DNA from: Candidatus Woesearchaeota archaeon
Lineage (GTDB): Archaea > Nanobdellota > Nanobdellia > Woesearchaeales > ARS49
Direction of reading: 5' to 3'
NCBI GenBank assembly: GCA_016203225.1
Contig: JACQNC010000014.1
Coordinates: forward strand, 25,653-89,652
DNA: 64,000 nucleotides
Below are positions 1 to 7,713 of the stretch, piece after piece; position 1 is the first letter of the stretch, and each line of letters opens with the position of its first letter. The notes below the pieces were generated by a model that was not told the origin of the DNA, ran no database searches, and saw only the letters and a list, made by a program, of their open reading frames with translations. The position numbers and the translations under genes are program-made.

Positions 1-1496
1 GTGGTGATGAATTGTTCTCCGAGTAGTTCTGCGGCTTGTTGGGCGTCGATTTCGTCGTGTTGTGCCCAGCCTGTGAGTGCGAGTAGTTGTTGTTCGTAAT
101 TTATTGGATTGGTACCTGAACTAACTGAACTACTTGAACTGAGAGAACCTTTTGAACTAACTGAACTGGCTTCGATTTGTGGCTCTGAATTATCGGTCGT
201 AGGCACGATTTTCTGGTTCAGTTGGTTCAGTTGGTTCAGTTCTCCTGTGGAAATTTGGCTCGCAAAAGGTAACTGAACTGACTGGCAGTCCGTTCGTGTA
301 CGCCACACTTGGAGGTCTTTGCGCTTCTCCTGGGGCAAGATTCTTGTTTCCAGGATTCCTTGCTCGGTCAGGCGATCCAAGACCTTGTAGAGGCCGCGTT
401 CGCTGTATGGCACGCCTTCTTCCAAGAGTTCGGGCACGCTTTTGTAGTTCAGATTGTTCAGGTTGTTCAGGACGCTTGTTTGTTTGTGTGTCGGAATAAA
501 GCCGGAAGGGGTTGTGATTTTGGCAATGCATGCCCGCACCAGGTCCCAGTCTTTCCATTCCGCGATGACGTTTCCATCTGCGTCTCGTTCGCGCTGGAAT
601 TGATGCAAGCTCGCCGAAAACTTGACGAAATCGATGATTCGGCCAATATGCGTGCGGAAGGGTATTGCGTCGTACTTCACGAACGCTTCTCCAAGCTTTT
701 CGGCGAAGGGTACGAGGACGTTGACGCGCTGCAATGCCGCAACCACTTTTCGATAATACGCGGAAGGTGCCGCTTTTTGTGAAGCGCTGGCAGCATGCGC
801 GACGAAACGCACGACTTGTTGCGTCTTTTCCGGGCTTTCGTCGAGGTGAATGATGGGGAACCTGCGCAGGAGTTCGACACCTGGTTCGGCTTCTGCTGTC
901 GTGATGATGATTCCAGGCTTGCCGGGAATGATAATGTCGATGGCGCGCTGTTCTTTCACGATTGTGGCGCGGCTTCCGCCTGAACTCATGGTTTTGAACA
1001 CGTCGGAATCGAGCAAGGAGCGTGAGCAGTCTTCTGCCACAATGACTTTGCCATCCCATCTGAATCCGTCGTCGCGTGCCTCTTTTTGCTTCCAATACGT
1101 GAATGCCTGCGGCGTGATTTTCGTCCGGTGAAACAAATCACTTTCCTGCGTGAAGAATGGATCGACGCAGGCGCGAACGTGCACATCCTTACCCGCGCCT
1201 GATTTTGAGTTCACGCACAAGTTCGTGCTTGTTGCAGACGCGTTGATGCAGAGTTTGCTGCCGAACGCGACGAGCAGGATGGTCTTGACCGCATCAATGT
1301 CTGGCACGATGTTCTTTGCGGGTACTTCGCAGAGTTTGTCGAATAGCAAAGGGTTCCGCAGCAGTGTTTCGGGACCGTCGAGAATGATACGTGCAATGTC
1401 CGGGTCCACGATCTGTGCGGCAAATTTTGGCGGCCCAAGCGCTTGCATCGTGACTTGCAAGGTCTGGGTTTCAGCGCGACGTTCGCGGGGAGTCAT
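1..1496 (-). CDS. MCM-like AAA+ ATPase/helicase of an integrated element (replication protein), 3' end runs off the window
   Basis: Not in the ORF track (no stop inside the window). Manual translation from ATG 1496 (ATGA overlap with the upstream gene): MTPRERRAETQTLQVTMQALG..., Walker A NSKSGAGKD, Walker B-like VIVAED, LLRRFPIIHLDES arginine-finger region, wHTH-like YSERGLYKVLDRL; open to base 1. Confidence 0.75.
   Translation of the reverse strand, partial: MTPRERRAETQTLQVTMQALGPPKFAAQIVDPDIARIILDGPETLLRNPLLFDKLCEVPAKNIVPDIDAVKTILLVAFGSKLCINASATSTNLCVNSKSGAGKDVHVRACVDPFFTQESDLFHRTKITPQAFTYWKQKEARDDGFRWDGKVIVAEDCSRSLLDSDVFKTMSSGGSRATIVKEQRAIDIIIPGKPGIIITTAEAEPGVELLRRFPIIHLDESPEKTQQVVRFVAHAASASQKAAPSAYYRKVVAALQRVNVLVPFAEKLGEAFVKYDAIPFRTHIGRIIDFVKFSASLHQFQRERDADGNVIAEWKDWDLVRACIAKITTPSGFIPTHKQTSVLNNLNNLNYKSVPELLEEGVPYSERGLYKVLDRLTEQGILETRILPQEKRKDLQVWRTRTDCQSVQLPFASQISTGELNQLNQLNQKIVPTTDNSEPQIEASSVSSKGSLSSSSSVSSGTNPINYEQQLLALTGWAQHDEIDAQQAAELLGEQFIT
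116..470. repeat. Short (A/C)CTGAAC / GTTCAG repeat arrays in alternating orientation (iteron-like)
   Basis: ctgaactaactgaactacttgaactg (116-167), gttcagttggttcagttggttcagtt (216-241), actgaactg (~272), gttcagattgttcaggttgttcagg (~446-471); about 9-bp period. Confidence 0.6.
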
Positions 1497-1825
1497 TGTT
1501 TGCGCAGGCCCCCCATAACCTCGACACCGCGTGACTTTATGCGATCCGCGATGATCCGCTTCGCGCCCTCGTCGTCGTTGCGCGCGATCGCGGCGGAAAG
1601 CTCTCGTTCTTCTGCGGACATGCGGTTTCTGAGACGGAGCGCTTCCCGAAGTTCTTCGGCAGCGCTCGGAGCCATATCAAAGATCGAGTTTGCGACGGGC
1701 ACAGAGACCACGCGATTGTCCCGCAGAATGATGCGGTAAATGATTCCCTCGCGGGAAACCTCGCCCTCAAACGTTTTACACTCGCCCGTTGGCAGATACG
1801 TCCGGACTCGTCCTTTGGCTTGCAT
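1493..1825 (-). CDS. Hypothetical protein (110 aa) of the element
   Basis: ATG 1825 MQAKGRVRTY...; stop overlaps the ATPase start codon. Confidence 0.6.
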   Translation of the reverse strand: MQAKGRVRTYLPTGECKTFEGEVSREGIIYRIILRDNRVVSVPVANSIFDMAPSAAEELREALRLRNRMSAEERELSAAIARNDDEGAKRIIADRIKSRGVEVMGGLRKQ

Positions 1826-1949
1826 GCAGTTCACCGTTTTTGTTAAGAAGATTCTGGATTGTCTCGTCAAAAGTTGCTCGGGGATGCGATTTAATCTTCC
1901 TGAGTTCTTCTCGGGTCTTGGGCGCGACCTTGACCGTGACGAGTTCCAT
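1776..1949 (-). CDS. Small ribbon-helix-helix/antitoxin-like DNA-binding protein
   Basis: MELVTVKVAPKTREELRKIKSHPRATFDETIQNLL matches the archaeal RHH-like pattern (strand-helix-helix); TATA-like TTTAAA at ~1972-1977. Confidence 0.65.
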   Translation of the reverse strand: MELVTVKVAPKTREELRKIKSHPRATFDETIQNLLNKNGELHASQRTSPDVSANGRV

Positions 1950-1999
1950 ATTTCTCTCACGGGGGAATCTATTTAAAGAGCAAGTCCGTCGGATCCTCC

Positions 2000-2449
2000 G
2001 TGGCACGGGTTTTACAACGAAACAGCAATTCTTGGATGGCTACGATACCGAAACCAGACATTCGCGAGCTTGGCTGGCAGAAGAACGCATGCCTTGTCGT
2101 GAAGGAAATTTTGCCGGGAATTTTCGAGATCATCAGCGCCGGCGGCTCTTGCCAACAAACGAGAATTCTCGACGAGAACGAGCGCCGGCGGCTATATGAT
2201 ATCGAGCACGCAACGGTCTCGCCAAACTTCGACAAGAATGAGCGCGCATTTGTGTTGGCGGGCAGCCATGCCGCGTTCTGCTGGAAGGGGAGCCTGCTGC
2301 ATTCAAGCAATGGAGCGTATCGCGTGCCATTTCCGACGGATTTCCCGGATGCGATCGGTAGTATGTTCACGGTCGAGCCGAGCGGCAGTGGACTGATCCT
2401 TGACTTCCGGCAGCCGTGCACAACGGGGTCTCAGCGCCCCAGTGCCTAA
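2000..2449 (+). CDS. AbrB/SpoVT-like DNA-binding protein (possibly two domains)
   Basis: RVLQRNSNSWMATIPKPDIRELGW matches the AbrB signature; a second weaker copy SNGAYRVPFPTDF; divergent from the rep operon. Confidence 0.55.
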   Translation: MARVLQRNSNSWMATIPKPDIRELGWQKNACLVVKEILPGIFEIISAGGSCQQTRILDENERRRLYDIEHATVSPNFDKNERAFVLAGSHAAFCWKGSLLHSSNGAYRVPFPTDFPDAIGSMFTVEPSGSGLILDFRQPCTTGSQRPSA

Positions 2450-2474
2450 CTTTAAGGGAACGGACCAAAACGCC

Positions 2475-2509
2475 TAGTGCGCCCGCGGGGATTTTTTTGA
2501 ACCCTGACC
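2475..2509 (-). other. Degenerate tRNA 3'-end (T-arm + acceptor) copy, att-like site
   Basis: Reverse complement reads GGTCAGGGTTCAAAAAAATCCCCGCGGGCGCACTA, i.e. GGTTCAAATCCC with an expanded A-run followed by acceptor-strand CGGGCGC-A. Confidence 0.55.
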
Positions 2510-2562
2510 AGGGCATATTCCTCAACGATACTTATTTAAAGGCAGAATCCATAAATAGCGAT

Positions 2563-2781
2563 ATGGAATACCGTCTTTCAGCGGTCATCTCAAAGGAAGC
2601 GAAGTTCTTCGTAGCCCGCGGTGTCGAGATCGAGCTCGCGAGCCAGGGCAAGACGGTCGAGGAAGCGTTGAAGAACCTCAAGGAAGCGTTCGAGCTGTGG
2701 ATCAAGCACGCGGATGCCGACGAGCTTGACGTGTTCAAGGACGCGAGTTCTCCCATCGTGACGCAAGTCGTCGCCGCATGA
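2563..2781 (+). CDS. hicB: HicB-family antitoxin (short)
   Basis: ASQGKTVEEALKNLKEAFELW motif; TATA TTTAAA upstream. Confidence 0.85.
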   Translation: MEYRLSAVISKEAKFFVARGVEIELASQGKTVEEALKNLKEAFELWIKHADADELDVFKDASSPIVTQVVAA

Positions 2782-3008
2782 AATTGCCGGTCCTTTCCGG
2801 CAGGGAAGTCGTCAAACTGCTCTGCAACAAATTCGGCTTCAAGGTACTCGACCAGACTGGAAGCCACGTCATCCTCTTCGGCGAACGCGACGGCGTCAAG
2901 CGCAAGCCGGTCGTCCCGCAGCATCCTGAGCTTGCTAAAGGCACCCTGCTGAGCATCCTGAAGCAGGCAGGCTTGACGCGCGACGACTTGGAAAACGCGT
3001 TAAAGTGA
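2778..3008 (+). CDS. hicA: HicA-family mRNA interferase toxin
   Basis: LSGREVVKLL...GF...QTGSHV...VVPQHPELAKGTLLSILKQAGL. Confidence 0.9.
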   Translation: MKLPVLSGREVVKLLCNKFGFKVLDQTGSHVILFGERDGVKRKPVVPQHPELAKGTLLSILKQAGLTRDDLENALK

Positions 3009-3177
3009 GCACGGATTCGAACTCTCCCGTGCGTTACAGGCGCTCCCTTTTGCGACGTTCCTGCAACAACCCCCTAGTGCGGCCCATTTGTGGCCCAAAA
3101 CCGCAAGAACTCAAAAGAAAATGGGATTTTTCTTCCTTCAGGGTTGGCAAAGTTTTTAAACGCATCCTGATTCGGTG

Positions 3178-3735
3178 ATGACCATGAACCCACTCTGGAT
3201 AGTCGCAATCGTCGTAGCGGTTTTCGTCCTCGCCATAATAATAATCTACAACGGCCTTGTCAGGATAAAGAACCAGGTCGAGAACTCATGGGCGCAGATA
3301 GATGTCCAGCTGAAGCGGAGATTCGACCTTATCCCCAACCTCATAGAGACCGTCAAGGGTTATGCGAAACACGAGAAAGGGGTGCTGGAGGAGATAACCA
3401 AAGCGAGGACAGCTTTCATGAGCGCCACGACCGTCCAGCAGAAAGGCAAGGCAGCGAACATGCTTGAAGGCACGTTGAAGACGCTGTTCGCGGTCTCTGA
3501 GAATTATCCCAAGCTCCAGGCTAACGAGAATTTCCTCCAACTCCAGGAGGAGCTCTCAGGCACGGAAAGCAAGATAGCTTACGCGCGCCAGCATTACAAC
3601 GACATGGTCATGGAATTGAACACGAAAGTCCAGACATTCCCGAGCAACGTGTTCGCGCGGATGTTCGGCTTCACCGCGAAAGAGCAGTATCCTGTCCCTG
3701 AAGAAGAACGCAAGAATGTCAAAGTGCAGTTCTAA
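3178..3735 (+). CDS. lemA: LemA family protein
   Basis: N-terminal TM, IDVQLKRRFDLIPNL, ENYPKLQANENF motifs. Confidence 0.95.
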   Translation: MTMNPLWIVAIVVAVFVLAIIIIYNGLVRIKNQVENSWAQIDVQLKRRFDLIPNLIETVKGYAKHEKGVLEEITKARTAFMSATTVQQKGKAANMLEGTLKTLFAVSENYPKLQANENFLQLQEELSGTESKIAYARQHYNDMVMELNTKVQTFPSNVFARMFGFTAKEQYPVPEEERKNVKVQF

Positions 3736-3747
3736 AGTGCTGATGCG

Positions 3748-4650
3748 ATGGACAAGCTGAACATACACGAGGAAGTGCGCTGGAACAAGATCAAGACGCA
3801 CCTCATCATCTCGTTGTTCATAATCCTCATAGCCGCCCTCGGATATTCCCTCGGCATCATCTACGGCGCCCCCATATTCGGGTTCATCGTGGCCGTCATC
3901 GGGGCACTATTCTACACGATAATAATGTACATCCAGGGAAGCAACCTCATACTCAAGACCACAGGCGCGCGCGAAGTCACCAAACGCGAATACCCCCACC
4001 TGTTCCATACCGTCGAGGGGCTCGCGATAGCGGCGGGCATCCCGACGCCGAAATGCTACGTCATCGACGACACCGCGCGGAACGCCTTCGCGACAGGGAG
4101 ATCGCCCAAAAACGCCTCGATCACCGTCACCACCGGACTGCTGGCGACCTTGGACCGGCAGGAACTCGAGGGCGTCGTCGCCCACGAGATGTCCCACATC
4201 AAGAATTACGACATCCGCGTGATGCTGATGACCGCCGTGCTGGTAGGGATCACTATACTCCTCAGCGACTTCATACTGCGATCATTCCTGTACGGAGGTC
4301 ATAGGGAAAGGAAAGAAGGGGGAGGATTGCTCCTGATACTCATCGCGGTGGCCATCGTGCTCGCGATACTTGCGCCGATCATCGGCGAGCTGATAAAGCT
4401 CGCGGTGAGCCGTCGAAGGGAGTACCTGGCGGATTCCAACGGAGCGCTCCTGACCAGGAACCCGGAAGGCTTGGCCAGCGCGCTCGGGAAGATAAAAGCG
4501 GATCCCGACCCGCTCGTCGACAAGGCGAACAAGGCGACCGCGCACCTGTTCATCTCAACCCCCTTCCGAAGGACAACCGGGGTCGTGGCGCGCCTGTTCA
4601 GCACCCACCCCGCCATCGAGGACAGGATCAACAGACTGAAGAGCATGTGA
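3748..4650 (+). CDS. htpX: HtpX-like M48 zinc metalloprotease
   Basis: NAFATG, HEMSH, SRRREYLAD, STHP motifs; follows lemA. Confidence 0.93.
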   Translation: MDKLNIHEEVRWNKIKTHLIISLFIILIAALGYSLGIIYGAPIFGFIVAVIGALFYTIIMYIQGSNLILKTTGAREVTKREYPHLFHTVEGLAIAAGIPTPKCYVIDDTARNAFATGRSPKNASITVTTGLLATLDRQELEGVVAHEMSHIKNYDIRVMLMTAVLVGITILLSDFILRSFLYGGHRERKEGGGLLLILIAVAIVLAILAPIIGELIKLAVSRRREYLADSNGALLTRNPEGLASALGKIKADPDPLVDKANKATAHLFISTPFRRTTGVVARLFSTHPAIEDRINRLKSM

Positions 4651-4732
4651 CGCTGATACGCAGGACTTCTGGCGGTTTTTGATCCAGCTTTTTGTCATAA
4701 CGTTTTTATGCTTGACGCAGTTCTTCGCGGTC

Positions 4733-5017
4733 ATGCGATACACCCCGAGTCGTCCACGGCGTGAACCTCCTGCGGTCTACGTCTACGGATTCGTCCGGAA
4801 GGACCGGCACATGGTGGAGAATTCCGATGTCGATGCGCTCAACGTCGTCGACCATCTGTCTCGCGTCCTGGTCGGGTACGAGCATCCGGAGAGCGTGCCC
4901 AAGATCATCCTCTCGCGCGCGACTCCGCTTCCGGAAGAGCAGCGCAGGGAGCTCAGCGACCGGTTCGACATCGAGGATGAGCCTCCTGAGAAACACGTCC
5001 TGCGCGGGCTCGCCTGA
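4733..5017 (+). CDS. Hypothetical protein (94 aa)
   Basis: ATG 4733 downstream of TTTTTAT, host-like codons, fills the gap to the convergent gene. Confidence 0.5.
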   Translation: MRYTPSRPRREPPAVYVYGFVRKDRHMVENSDVDALNVVDHLSRVLVGYEHPESVPKIILSRATPLPEEQRRELSDRFDIEDEPPEKHVLRGLA

Positions 5018-6457
5018 CTACTGCCCGAAGCCTATCTGAGAGAGGTTCGACTTCGTTCTCCTTATCCGTCCAGGTGAAGTCTCGCACTTCGTCACGGCGA
5101 CCGGAAGGCGCATCTGGCCCAGGATGCTCAGCTTGCTGCGGATCTTGTATGTTATGACGCGCTCCTCGCCGGCGTCGAGCTCCTCGAGCGTCCACTTGAT
5201 GAGCGTGCCCTTCTTCTCGTCATGCGCGATCTTGACCGGACGCATCGTGCCGATCTCGAAGTCGCGGATGACCTCGGCTATGTGCGGTACCTTGTCCAGC
5301 ACGGTGACGTTCTTAACGACGCGGCCAGACCGGTTCGCGACCTCGATCAGCACCTTCAGCTCACTCATGCCGCCTTCCTTGGCGGCGATCACGACCGCGG
5401 ACTTTCGGACGACGAGAGGGCTGCGGAACAGGTAGTACGCTGCGATGGCCACCGCGAACACGAAGAACACCACCAACAGCGGCCGGTAGTTGGTCGTGAC
5501 TCGGATCACCGTCTGCTCGCCAACATCGAGATCCACATCCCAAGCGTCATACGTGCCGTCAGGCAGTTCGACCTTCTTGGCGATCGGTTCCGAGGTGGTG
5601 AACCAGCTCTGTAGGATGCCGCTCTTCAGCTTGAATTCGGTGGTCTTCGGCGCGTTGCCGTTGTTGGTGAGAGTGTAGTCCCAATCCGTGCGCAAAAAGC
5701 GCGCTTTCTCCGCTACCGACGACGCGATCTCGCCGTATTCGATGATCTCGAACTCGATAGGCTCGGCCTCGAACGGCAGGATCTGGTCGCCGTCAGGAAC
5801 GAGAGCGGTGATGCGCAACACGTCGCGCTGCGGCGGCGTGTCCTTCGGGATCTTGATCGGGAACACTAGCTGCTTCTTGTCCAGACCAAGGATCGAGAAC
5901 TTCGATTCGGTGTTCAGAAGGGTGCTTCGGATTTTCAAGGAGACGTTCGCGAGGTCGCGCCGGTTGGCGTTCTGCACGTTCACTGTGACCGTGACCGGCT
6001 CGCGCGGGTCGACCTGACTGTCGATCTCGGGCTTGATGCGCAGCGCCGGCACGTACTGTCCCGGGACATAGTCCTTCGGGTTCACGCCTATGATGAGCGT
6101 CCGCTTCAGGATGGCTCCGGAGGTCGTGTGGCGGATGTGGAGCGCGAACGCGTAATAGCCGGGCGACGCGTAGAGCGGCCTGACCGAGAGGCGCACCTCC
6201 TTGGTCTCGCCGCGGGCGACGCTGATGGGGCGGGCGATGTCCGTGCTGATATCCCACTCCACATCTGGAGTGTAGATGTCGAACTTCTCTGAAGTCCCGG
6301 AGTCGTGCGTGATGAGGAGCGTGTATGTCGCGGCTTCGCCCAGCTTCGTGCTGGTCTGCGGCGGATCCACGATCACGTTGAACTCGATCGCGGCCGCGGA
6401 ACTTGCGAGCGCAAGAGCAAGCAGAAGCACGATTGACGACGCCCTCTTTACGCTCAT
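5018..6457 (-). CDS. Secreted/membrane protein with several Ig-like (CARDB/DUF11-like) domains
   Basis: Signal peptide MSVKRASSIVLLL..., beta-rich repeats, internal TM, C-terminal VTVLDKVP domain; TTTATAAA upstream. Confidence 0.75.
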   Translation of the reverse strand: MSVKRASSIVLLLALALASSAAAIEFNVIVDPPQTSTKLGEAATYTLLITHDSGTSEKFDIYTPDVEWDISTDIARPISVARGETKEVRLSVRPLYASPGYYAFALHIRHTTSGAILKRTLIIGVNPKDYVPGQYVPALRIKPEIDSQVDPREPVTVTVNVQNANRRDLANVSLKIRSTLLNTESKFSILGLDKKQLVFPIKIPKDTPPQRDVLRITALVPDGDQILPFEAEPIEFEIIEYGEIASSVAEKARFLRTDWDYTLTNNGNAPKTTEFKLKSGILQSWFTTSEPIAKKVELPDGTYDAWDVDLDVGEQTVIRVTTNYRPLLVVFFVFAVAIAAYYLFRSPLVVRKSAVVIAAKEGGMSELKVLIEVANRSGRVVKNVTVLDKVPHIAEVIRDFEIGTMRPVKIAHDEKKGTLIKWTLEELDAGEERVITYKIRSKLSILGQMRLPVAVTKCETSPGRIRRTKSNLSQIGFGQ

Positions 6458-6491
6458 CCCACCGGAACGAGCGCGAGTTTGTTTATAAACA

Positions 6492-7664
6492 TTACGATGA
6501 AGAGGATTCCTTCTGCTTCGGACGCATGCTTCTGCGGACAAGATAGGTGAGACCGATGCCAAGCGGGACACCGATCGCAAGACCCTTCACTATGTTCCAC
6601 GGATCGAAGAACCGATCCAAGAACGTCGGCCCTTCAGTCTTTGCTGACTGTGTCTCGGGCCTGATCGCGATCCCCAAATTGTGCGCATTCCTTTCGAAGC
6701 TCTCCTTGCACTCTCGATAGGATTGGATTATGTCCTTTGGAGCGTCGTGGTATGAGAGATATTGGATGCGATGGTCCATTTGGCCTGCGATGACGCGTAG
6801 GGTGCTCTCAATCTCGCCCAGATGCTGCTTCGCATCCGGACTACTCAGCGCGCGCTCGAGATGCAGCGTGAGCGCAGAATAGTCTGTCGAACCCACGAAT
6901 TCGCCCGTTGGCAGCCGTTCGATGCGGCTACGCTCTGCGCAGAGCTGCGCACTCACGAGGTCGAGATCGAAGACGAGCTTCGAGTCCGTGATCGCGTACT
7001 TGTGCTGATCCTCGCGCCCATCCGCGTCGATGTTCAAGAAGACGAGCTCTCCGTCATAATACGCGAACGCGGGGCATTGACTCCGGTGATCAGCCTCGGA
7101 GAGTCCGAGTCCGGGAACGTGCGTCGGGTGCGTGTGGCACCAGAGGAGCACATCGCTGTCCGAGCGAACGCGTCTATCCGTCGGATGCGACTGGCTGTCC
7201 ATCGTCAGACGGATGATGTCGAGGAAGTATTCGCGGCACGGGTGGTCGGTCTTGCCCAGGATGAATGCCTGCACTTCCTTTTCGAGGCTGGTCGCTTCCT
7301 TGCGTTCGCCCCGCAGCCAGGTCAGATCCTTGAGAAGATTGACCTTCTGTCCTTGCGTCAGCGGCGTCCCGGCGCGCAGCGCTACATAGGCATCGACCGG
7401 AGGTTTCTGGGAAAGCGCCTCAAGTGTGATATTGTTTGCAGGTCCGCGGATCACGAACTCTGATTCGCCGATTTTCTGTAGGTCTTGTTCATATAGAAAT
7501 CGCGCGAGCTTGTTGATGTTCTCCTGTCGTGCCAAAAATGTGTAGGGAAACGCGCCAGGCGTCTCTTTAGGCACGACCGTGATGACCGGCGGTTTGCGCT
7601 CGTAGATCGTGCATCCTGCGAGCAGGCCCGCCAATCCGCCTATGAACTCTCTCCGCGTCAGCAT
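6492..7664 (-). CDS. Tat-signal lipoprotein with JAB/MPN-like motif and C-terminal TM
   Basis: TRREF twin-arginine, LAGC lipobox, CHTHP...LSEAD, C-terminal hydrophobic helix plus basic tail. Confidence 0.65.
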   Translation of the reverse strand: MLTRREFIGGLAGLLAGCTIYERKPPVITVVPKETPGAFPYTFLARQENINKLARFLYEQDLQKIGESEFVIRGPANNITLEALSQKPPVDAYVALRAGTPLTQGQKVNLLKDLTWLRGERKEATSLEKEVQAFILGKTDHPCREYFLDIIRLTMDSQSHPTDRRVRSDSDVLLWCHTHPTHVPGLGLSEADHRSQCPAFAYYDGELVFLNIDADGREDQHKYAITDSKLVFDLDLVSAQLCAERSRIERLPTGEFVGSTDYSALTLHLERALSSPDAKQHLGEIESTLRVIAGQMDHRIQYLSYHDAPKDIIQSYRECKESFERNAHNLGIAIRPETQSAKTEGPTFLDRFFDPWNIVKGLAIGVPLGIGLTYLVRRSMRPKQKESSSS

Positions 7665-7713
7665 GGTTTAAAAGGCACGGACACCCCATTTAAATCTTTT
7701 CCAATATAGATGT

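Larger units (their letters stand above)
1..3085. mobile_element. Right end of an integrated plasmid/provirus-like element
   Basis: Replication ATPase, small DNA-binding genes, hicBA and tRNA-3'-end-like remnants at 2475-2509 and 3009-3085; housekeeping-type genes begin at 3178. No integrase in the window. Confidence 0.6.

Noticed and set aside
190-1095. 301-aa minus-strand ORF in the track
   Set aside because: Arg-rich shadow frame; the real gene is the overlapping frame 1496 to <1 with Walker motifs.
3178-4650. lemA-htpX pair next to the mobile element
   Set aside because: Common, well-described operon; nothing unusual beyond slightly different codon use.
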